Shown here: positions 55,389 through 64,000 of the stretch, piece after piece
Numbering within the stretch: position 1 is the first letter of the stretch
Layout: each line of letters begins with the position of its first letter
Source of the DNA: Torpedo marmorata
Taxonomy: Eukaryota
Direction: 5' to 3'
Assembly: GCA_977017645.1 (NCBI GenBank)
Contig: OZ360229.1
Location: 101,494,001 to 101,558,000, forward strand
DNA length: 64,000 nucleotides
Translations under genes and position numbers: made by a program
Notes under the pieces: generated by a model
Databases searched by the model: none
What the model saw: only the letters and a program-made list of their open reading frames with translations
What the model was told of the DNA's origin: nothing

Positions 55389-56377
55389 GAAGGCTCATCT
55401 TAAAAAAAGGAACCGAACATATTTGAAACAAATCAAGAAGCAGTCTTTGCGGAAAGAAACGAGAGATAGGGCTATGTGGTTTATTCTTTCTAAGAATTGA
55501 GAAAGTATGTTGGCGCTCCATTAATATCTTCCGATTTTTAAAAAAAATATCCTGATTTAGTAACTCACCATCTCCTCCATTTGAAAGTTTGGAGGGTGCA
55601 CACTGAATAGCCAATCACATTGAATGGCTTGTACCAATCATTCTACAATGTTTCAGTGATATATACCAGGAGATTGAACCCGAGTTGGGGGATGTATGGA
55701 CCATCTCACTTCAGATCATGGGACATGATCATCTTGCTCCTGTTCACTGGGACTGCGATTGATGGACCATCTCACTCCTGTTCACTGAGAGGTGGGTATC
55801 TGAAGCATCCCATTTCAATTCATTGCTATGGGATATATAAACAATTTCTCCTCAGTTCATTAGGACTGGGGTACATGGACTATCTTACCTGTATAACTGG
55901 TACATGGATTAATTATTTAGTGGGACCAGGGTTATGAGCCATCTCACTCAGAACTGTAGAATCACAAAATGGTCACAGAATTAGAGTCCGCGATTCATCT
56001 ATACAAGTCCAACACTTCCACCTCTTCCTATTACCCTTAAGTCTTTCCTTTCATATTCCTAGTTTCCCTTTAAACACTGCAGTGGACTAGGCCCCAGGCA
56101 GTGCATTCCACACTCTAACCACTCTTCACATAAATACATTTCTGCCTTGTGATTTCTGCTCTTTTACCTTCATTTTGGACCCCTCATCATTTTCTGTACT
56201 TTTTTCAAAGCCTTTACATCTTTCTTCAGATGTGGTTCCCAGAACAGGGAAGAATATTCCAGGTGTGATTGGATGAGGGCTTTATAAAGGTTCATTTTGA
56301 CTTCCTGCTGTTTGTACTCTGCTTATAAAGCCCTGGATTCTGTGTACTTTTTAAAATCACTTTCTCAACCTGCTCTG

Positions 56378-56552
56378 AAACACAAGTCTGAAGACACTGT
56401 GATTGAAGTAAAAACACAATGCTGGAGAAACTGAGCAGGTCAAACAGTGTACTTTATACAGCAAAGATAAAGATATATAACCAACGTTTCAGGCTTGAGC
56501 CCTTCATGAGCAAAATGTAGGCAGGCGCCCGGGTTCAGCATTGTGTTTTTAC
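56378..56552. mobile_element. Penelope-derived short element with inverted end
   Basis: Perfect 16-bp TSD TTCTCAACCTGCTCTG at 56362-56377 and 56553-56568. Confidence 0.82.
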
Positions 56553-56769
56553 TTCTCAACCTGCTCTGCTGTTTTCAACAAACTGCTGATAACTCTCAGA
56601 TCACCATTCTTGTATTGCTTTCAGAATGATACCTTCTCATTTTTAAGAATAGGTAAGCACTGAATTTCACCTGCCTTCTTTCCAACTATTCCACCACTGT
56701 CTGTCCCATCATGAAGACAGGTTTAAACTCTTACTCAAATTCATGTCATTAATAGATATTAAAGTAATA

Positions 56770-57250
56770 CATAGAATGGAGGGCAACACAGCACAGGAAC
56801 AGACTCTTCGACCCATATGTCTACACCGAACGATGCCCAAGTTAAACTAAAACCCTGCTGCTAGTATATAAATATCTCGCTATTCCCGCATTTTCAGTGT
56901 GTCTATCTAGAGGTCCCTCAAATGCTACCCCTGATGTACCTTCCATTGAGTAAAAAAACTAGCCCAGCACATTTCCTTTAAACTTTCCCTTCTCACCATG
57001 GCCTCTGGTTATGTGACTTTTTACTGCTGGAAAATGAATCTGTTCATCCTATCAATGCCTCTCAGAATTTTATAAACTTCTATCAGGCTACCGCTCAACA
57101 TCTGATGCTCCAGAGAAAGCAACCCAAGTTTGTTCAACCTCTACTTACAGCTCATACCCTCTAATCCAGACAACATTCTGGTAAATCTCTTCTCTATCCT
57201 TTCCAAAGCCTCCACATCCTTCCTGTAATGGGGCAACCAGAATTGCAGTT
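56770..57250 (-). mobile_element. CR1 3' fragment
   Basis: Reverse-complement CR1 end (ttccaaagcctccacatccttcc). Confidence 0.68.
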
Positions 57251-57800
57251 GTGCCCTGATATAAACCCTTGTCAATCTCTGCAAGAGATTTCTACCCAGT
57301 CCAAGATACACCCTTTCAGTCTACACTCCTTCCTGTTAATTGGCTAGTTTTCATTTATTCCATAGGCTTCAATCTTGATGATAAGCTGGTTACAGGCACT
57401 TTTCCAAAAACCTTTTGGAAGTTCATTCACCACACAAACTCTATTTATATAGACAATCCTCTGTTACTTCAGCAAAATACTCACATCAAGTTATTTCAGC
57501 AGGATTTGCCTTTCACAAATACATACTCCTTCTCTAATCAATCTACAGTCGCCAAAGCGACAAAGGTTTATCTGAGACGAGGAATGGGAATTTTGAACAC
57601 CTCACTATGGTTTATTGGAACAGATTAACTATTCTGGCACTATCACAGTTCTGAACTGGTCTGGCACTATCACAATGCTTTTGGGTATTGCGCTCCAGTG
57701 ATTCAGGAGGCACTCTGAGGTGGATCTATGATAAAGTCATTGGAAATTACTTTAAAGCTCAAATATACTATAAATTATCAAGAGGAACAGAGAACCGTAC

Positions 57801-57870
57801 CTGATCTCAGCCTGGGAGCATGTCCGACAGTCTGGATTCATCTTCTGCAGTGGCACAGGGTGAAACTGGT
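57801..57870 (-). other. TECTA: Candidate upstream first exon of TECTA
   Basis: The ATG exon has its own acceptor, so an upstream exon is expected. CAG|GTACGG donor at 57801/57800 in repeat-free sequence. The 5' limit is a guess. Confidence 0.35.
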
Positions 57871-60286
57871 ACAGGCAGAGCTTAAAATCGGAAAATTTAG
57901 CTAATTATTACGGATTGCCAAATGAGCAGCTGGAGCCAGAGGTGAGATGCTGAAATGAAAAGCTTCCTTTTAGTTTGATTGCAGCTGACGACACGGTGCT
58001 GGTGACCTTCAATGAGGTTTGTAAGGGGGTCTGGCTTGTAACGTGAGCTCCCCAGGCCTCGTTCAAAGTTTTATGCAGACAAAAGCATTCCCATTTTTTT
58101 CCTCAGCCGTGGGTCTGGTTTCGTAATTTGCATTTCCCCGCTGTCAGAAATTGGTTGTGGAAATTCCATCTTGATTAAAGAATTGGTGATAAGGGAGAAT
58201 TGGTTTCTAGGTGGAGAGAAGACTCACAACAGAAGACTTCAAACTAATGGAGATAAAATTTCCACTGCCAGGAAAGAGTATTGTGCATCAGGACAGGTAC
58301 CTCAAAGCACACACAACCTCCTTTCTCTCAACAAATCACTTCAAAAACTAATCATCCCCACTGCCTAAATTGTGTCTTTCAGGTGTCCGAGAACCGCAAC
58401 AGTACAGTCCCCTGTGGTGTAGGATGATGTAGAACCAACACTTGCAAGTTTTGGTATTGAAACTGAGCATTTTATTATCCATGATAATTCTTGAAGCTTT
58501 ACAGTACTTAAAATATTCCTTATATTTCTCAATCAATAATTATTGTCATCTGCTTACTCCCTTACTAAAATAAAAATTTACATGCAGTAGAGTTGAAATT
58601 GACTCAGTAATGCGGTTATTATCATTAAGGAAAAGCTTTGGATTCATATCAGATACAGAATGAATTAAAATTGATCAACATGCAAGTTCTAACATTACAT
58701 CAGATGACAACATAAAATACTGGGACAGGTGATGAAAGGCAGCAATGGAAGCAGCAATAAAGGCATCTTAAAGAGGCAGAGCAATAGATATGTTACTAAA
58801 GGCATATGTGGTATGACTGTTACCCCTCAATCAGTGCACCCAACCTTGAGGTAGCAACATCTATGCAGGACCAAATTATGAAATAATCAGATTACAAATA
58901 TTACACAGTAAAAAACGGTGCAGCCTCATATCCATATATTTATAATCATATCCCCTCTCATGGTACAGAAAAAATGGATGCACCGTTGTCCACCATTTTT
59001 TAAATTCATTTACGGCCTGTGGACATCACTGCCAAGGCCAAGATTTATCACCAATTTTTACTTCCTCTTGAGAAGATGGTGGACATCTCCCCTAACATTC
59101 TGTCAGTCACCAGCAACATTGAGCTGTATCTAAATGGCTGGTGTTAGGCTATTCGGTCACACCACTTTTGCACAAGTCAGAGACACAGTCTCACGTACTG
59201 CCAGTGGGTACTCTGCATGGTTTACTTTGTACCAAAAGTGGGATGTTTGCACAGATCTCAAGGACATTTTATAAATTATTAATAAATAATTTCTAAATTA
59301 AATTCCTTCACCTTTATTCTTTGTCAAGAGATAAACTAATATAAACGAGGGCAGGGGGAGGCACCAGTCAGTTGTTGCCGCTGTATATTATGAATTGACT
59401 GGAGATGGTCACTGATATCTACTGCTAGTTGGGCATCCCTTACAGACTTAGATTTTCCCCACTCTCATCCTTTCCACAATGTTTCTCTAGTAACATTATT
59501 GCACCACTGCACATCCTCAACATATATACATTTGTACACAAAAGCAATCCACCTTCAGAGTCCCATAACAACTAATATCTGATATGAAACAATTGCAAAC
59601 ATTATTCAAAAGAACAAAACCATAATCAGAAATTATCTTCCTGCTTTCACACATTATTAATACAGAATAACAAGTAAATGATTTAGGTTACAGAATGGAA
59701 AGTACCAATACAATTCAAATATATGCAGATACACCAGTACTTTACATTTGGGGCAAGTTTCTTGCCAACTACAGGCAACTAGTTATTACATACCTCAGAG
59801 GTAACTTTCCTTTGAATGTAGCAAATTGCTGCATACTAACATATTCAGCCTACTTGTATAAAGGACAAGCAATACGGTACAAAGTCCGTTTTAATAATAA
59901 TGCCTGTTTAGGCCACATTGAGTTGTTTCTACATGAGCATCAATCAAGAATGCAAACAATAGATTACACACTTTTGACACTGCATTAATATCTTCCTAAA
60001 GGAGCCAAGGATTGCATTATAAATTATGGGAGAAAATGAACCCTGAGATGGGATTGTTGACATGGTAAGCATACTCAAACAACAGATTATAGTGTACATC
60101 AAGTCATTGAACTCATCAGGGTAAAAAAAAATCAACATACCGTAATTTAGTTGAGTGAACAATACATTAACCATCTGCACAAATACAACATGAAATGAAA
60201 TAAGGCAAGGATTTCTCAGGTTGAAAATAACGAGGTATTCTCAACTTTCATCTATTTAGATGCTTGTTATCCACATTAGTAATTGG

Positions 60287-60287
<1 letters not shown>

Positions 60288-60322
<35 letters not shown>
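60288..60322. repeat. (TA)n(CA)n microsatellite
   Basis: Direct reading. Confidence 0.9.
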
Positions 60323-61004
60323 GTGATATTTACTGTACATGTATGCAGGTGTGTATGTTGCAGACAACACATTGAATTAAATGCACAAGCCACATGCTGC
60401 ACTGTTTAAGTGCTGTGGTAGTGCATATGGAGATTGGGGCCAGTGTGCAAAGATATTCAATGTATAAAATAATATTCAAAGTGCTGACTGTGCAGTTTAG
60501 TGCTCATTGCTTATGACATAAACACCTCAATCAGGACCGAACCAGATATAGTTAAGTGCCAAGAAGTGGATTTTGTTAAAATGATTTGTCATTGCTTCAA
60601 AAACCATAACGCTATTTTTAAGATATTAAAAATCATCATACTCGGAGGACATTCGCCTCATCTTGCCTGGACCAGCTCCTTGAAAGAGCAATCCAATTCA
60701 TCTTGCTTCTTCTGTTCTTTTCCACCTGCCCTGTATTTTTTTTTCAAAATATAACCAATTCCCTTTTGAAAGTCGCTGCTGAAATACATAATGCTGTTGA
60801 GTGTTTAAGAACCCAGTGTTTTAAGGATAATATCTTCTCTTTCTAATGGCCAGAGGGTAAGTGATGTAACTGATACTATGGCATGGTATTATCCAGTGTT
60901 GATTATGAGTAGGAACATTTGTGCTCTGAAATTTATCCCAGCTATCTATTGTTCATAGAGCTGTTTCAATAAATTGTATTGCATGACATTGATGAAGAAT
61001 CACA

Positions 61005-62810
61005 AACGGCAACGAGCAAGTGTACAGGAATCAGATCAGCTAGTTGAGTGGTCTCACAACAACAACCTTGCACTCAACGTCAGCAAAACGAAGGAATTGA
61101 TTGTGGACTTCAAGAAGGGGAAACCAGGAGAACACAAACCAGTCCTCAACGAGGAGTCAGCAGTGGAGAGGGCAAGGAACTTCAAATTCCTGAGTGTCAA
61201 CATCTCTGAAGACCTATCCTGGAGCCATCATGTCGATGCAATCATGAAGAAGGCTCGCCAGTGGCTATATTTCGTTAGGAGTTTGAGGAGATTTGGTATG
61301 CCACCAAAGACTCTTGTAAATTTCTACTGGTGTACCGTGGAGAGCATTCTGACTGGCTGCATCACTATCTGGTATGGAGGCGCCAACGCATAGGACAGGA
61401 AATAGACAATAGGTGCAGGAGTAGGCCATTCGGCCCTTCGAGCCAGCACCGCCATTCACTGTGATCATGGCTGATCATCCACTATCAGTACCCCGTTCCT
61501 GCCTTCTCCCCATATCCCTTGACTCCACTATCTTTAAGAGCTCTATCTAACTCTTTCTTGAAAGCATCCAGAGAATTGGCCTCCACTGCCTTCTGAGGCA
61601 GAGCATTCCACAGATCCACAACTCTATGGGTGAAAAAGTTTTTCCTCAACTCCGTTCTAAATGGCCTACCCCTTATTCTTAAACTGTGGCCTCTGGTTCT
61701 TGACTCCCCCAACATCGGGAACATGTTTCCTGCCTCTAGAGTGTCCAATCCCTTAATAATCTTATATGTTTCAATCAGATCCCCTCTCATCCTTCTAAAT
61801 TCCAGTGTATACAAGCCCAATCGCTCCAATCTTTCAACATATGACAGTCCCGCCATCCCGGGAATTAACCTCGTGAACCTACGCTTCACTCCCTCAATAG
61901 CAAGAATGTCCTTCCTCAAACCTGGAGACAAAAACTGCACACAATACTCCAGGTGTGGTCTCACCAGGGCCCTGTACAACTGCAGAAGGACCTCTTTGCT
62001 CTTATACTCAACTCCCCTTGTTATGAAGGCCAACATGCCATTAGCTTTCCTCACTGCCTGCTGTACCTGCATGCTTACTTTCAGTGACTGATGAACAAGG
62101 ACACCTAGATCTCGTTGTACTTCCCCTTTTCCTAACTTGAAACTATTCGGATAGTAATCCGCCTCCCTGTTCTTGCCACCAAAGTGGATAACCTCACATT
62201 TATCCACATTAAACTGCATCTGCCATGCATCTGCCCACTCACCCAACCAGTCCAAGTCACCCTGCATTCTCATAACATCCTCCTCACATTTCACACTGCC
62301 ACCCAGCTTCGTGTCATCTGCAAATTTGCTAATGTTACTTTTAATCCCTTCATCTAAATCATTAATGTATATTGTAAACAGCTACGGTCCCAGCACCGAA
62401 AAGACTACAGAGGGTTTTAAACTTGGCCAGCGCCATCATGGGCATTAGTCATCACTCCATGAAGGATATCTTAAAGAGGTGGTGTCTCAAGAAAACAGCT
62501 TCGATGATCAAGGACCCTCACCACCCAGGCCATGCCCTTTACTCACTGCTACTATCAGGAAAGAGGTACAGGAGCCTGAAGACACACACTCAGTGTTACA
62601 AAAATAGCTTCCTCCCCTCTGCCATCAGATTTCTGAATGGACAATGAAGCTATGGACACTACCTCAACTTTCTCCTTTCTAAATTAAAAAAAAATCTTGT
62701 ATTTAGGAATTGTAATTTATAGCAATTTTGCATCTGTAATGCACAATACTGCTGCCACAAAACAACACATTTCGTGACACATGTTCATGCCAATAAACCT
62801 GATTCTGAGT
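61005..62810 (+). mobile_element. Rex1/Babar-type LINE split by the CR1 insertion (about 61005-61400 and 62398-62810)
   Basis: WSHNNNLALNVSKTKELIVDF...ESILTGCITIWYG continues after the CR1 as IKDPHHPGHALYSLLLSGKRYRS. Tail caataaacctgattctga. Confidence 0.88.
61401..62397 (-). mobile_element. Young 5'-truncated CR1 LINE (RT C-terminus) nested in a Rex1/Babar element
   Basis: ISKFADDTKL...WQMQFNVDKC...RPHLEYCVQF...RTRGH. One stop near the 5' end. 3' tail cctattgtctatt. Confidence 0.95.
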
Positions 62811-63239
62811 TATGTTCACAAAACCTTTAGTAATTAGTAATTGAACAAAACTCACACAAAGGCTGTAACCCCAGATTTGTGTTACCTCACTCAATGTCTG
62901 CTTTCATTTGATAGGTTTCACAGTAAAGTGATGCTTTACACCATTGTATTCAATAATCACATCACACCTCTAATAATCGAAGATTGATGGCGGTCTCAGG
63001 CTGTTATTACTGGGATGCTTCAAACAGGTTTTCCTTATGTCCATCATAGAAACTTTCTTCCATTACTGGCACGAACTTTGATCTTTGTCAACAAGTTTCA
63101 GCATTAATCAATACCTTTTACATAGATCACTAACCCTTCAACAGTTACAATTGTGAAAATATACTGTAACCCAGCAACACTTTCATTAGCAAACAAAATA
63201 CGTGTAAAAAGTGCAAAGATTGTGAATAAATTCACAAGA

Positions 63240-63564
63240 CTATTTTGTTTTTGGTTCTACATGAATCTCATCTCCATCTCGAATACTATACGAGTGAAGA
63301 GCACGTGTGCTGTATTTCATTTCTTCTGGTCCTAAAGTTTTTGCCATGTCTTGATCAAAGTAATACACGCGCATATTATTGGTTGACAACTGCACGACAG
63401 TCCGAAGTTGTTTCTTCAGGTCAGCCACAGTCTGATCGAGGCGAATATTCATCACTTCAACTTTACCCTCAAAGTGAACTTCAACCTTAGCACGACTCTG
63501 AGGTCGGAGGTCGACCACAGCCAGTGGTTCCAACACACCATAATGTGTAACCAGTTCGTGATAT
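63240..63564 (-). CDS. TBCEL: Tubulin-folding cofactor E-like, last exon (ubiquitin-like domain)
   Basis: ttccAG|[30 protein letters not shown]...[30 protein letters not shown] matches the recalled human TBCEL C-terminus. Confidence 0.95.
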
Positions 63565-63727
63565 CTGGAAAATAAATGAACAACTATTATTTTCAGATGG
63601 TCAGAACAAGCCTAAATGTTAGTGCTGACGATGCCTTTCCTTAGTACTGGCCAATTCTGCCACTAGCTGGAGAGGCTGCTTCTCTCAAATTGTTAAAATC
63701 CAATGTCGAGTTCTGAGACCTGTGAAA

Positions 63728-63983
63728 GGGCGGCACAGTTGGCGTAGCGGTTAGCGCTTCGCCTTTACAGCGCCAGTGATCAGGACCGGGGTTCAAATCC
63801 CGCACTGTCTATAAGGAGTTTGTACGTTCTCCCCGTGTCTGCGTGGGTTTTCCCTGGGGGCTCCGGTTTCCTCCCACCGTTCAAAATGTACTCGGGGTGT
63901 AGGTTAATTGGGTGTAAATTGGGCGGCACGGACTCGTGGGCCGAAATGGCCTGCTACCGTGCTGTATGTCTAAATTTAAAAAA
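63728..63983 (+). mobile_element. tRNA-derived SINE, same family, in the last TBCEL intron
   Basis: Near-identical to 28877-29140. Confidence 0.88.
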
Positions 63984-64000
63984 GTACTTAATCAGAAGGT

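Noticed and set aside
58348-58536. ORF as an alternative TECTA signal-peptide exon
   Set aside because: No clear hydrophobic core or good donor; 53984-54044 fits better.
61485-62294. 269-aa ORF as a host gene or active retrotransposon
   Set aside because: 5'-truncated CR1 RT fragment with an upstream in-frame stop and a near-identical sister copy.

Overview
Vertebrate genomic DNA; the repeat landscape suggests a cartilaginous fish, probably a ray (inference). Three genes were reconstructed by hand. (1) The 3' exons of ARHGEF12/LARG on + (stop at 9076-9078). (2) A complete 23-coding-exon TECTA (alpha-tectorin) on - (54044 to 11983; 6450 nt, about 2149 aa; all introns GT-AG and phase-consistent; several exons are absent from the ORF track). 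(3) The last exon of TBCEL on -. ARHGEF12 and TECTA are tail-to-tail, unlike the co-oriented human arrangement. Introns carry CR1, L1, Rex1/Babar and L2 LINE pieces, tRNA-derived SINEs and Tigger-like MITEs. The most notable element is a Penelope-like retroelement (RT + GIY-YIG, inverted pseudo-LTR, 13-bp TSD). Its terminal repeat holds a 41-nt minimal hammerhead-ribozyme-like motif that recurs in many short fold-back derivatives, and two identical copies lie in sense within TECTA intron 5. Other oddities: a roughly 100-bp duplication flanking an L1, phase-compatible TBCEL-TECTA read-through, loss of the TECTA tetrabasic site, and back-to-back polyA signals. Gene identities rest on recalled human protein sequences, not on a database search; repeat boundaries are approximate.
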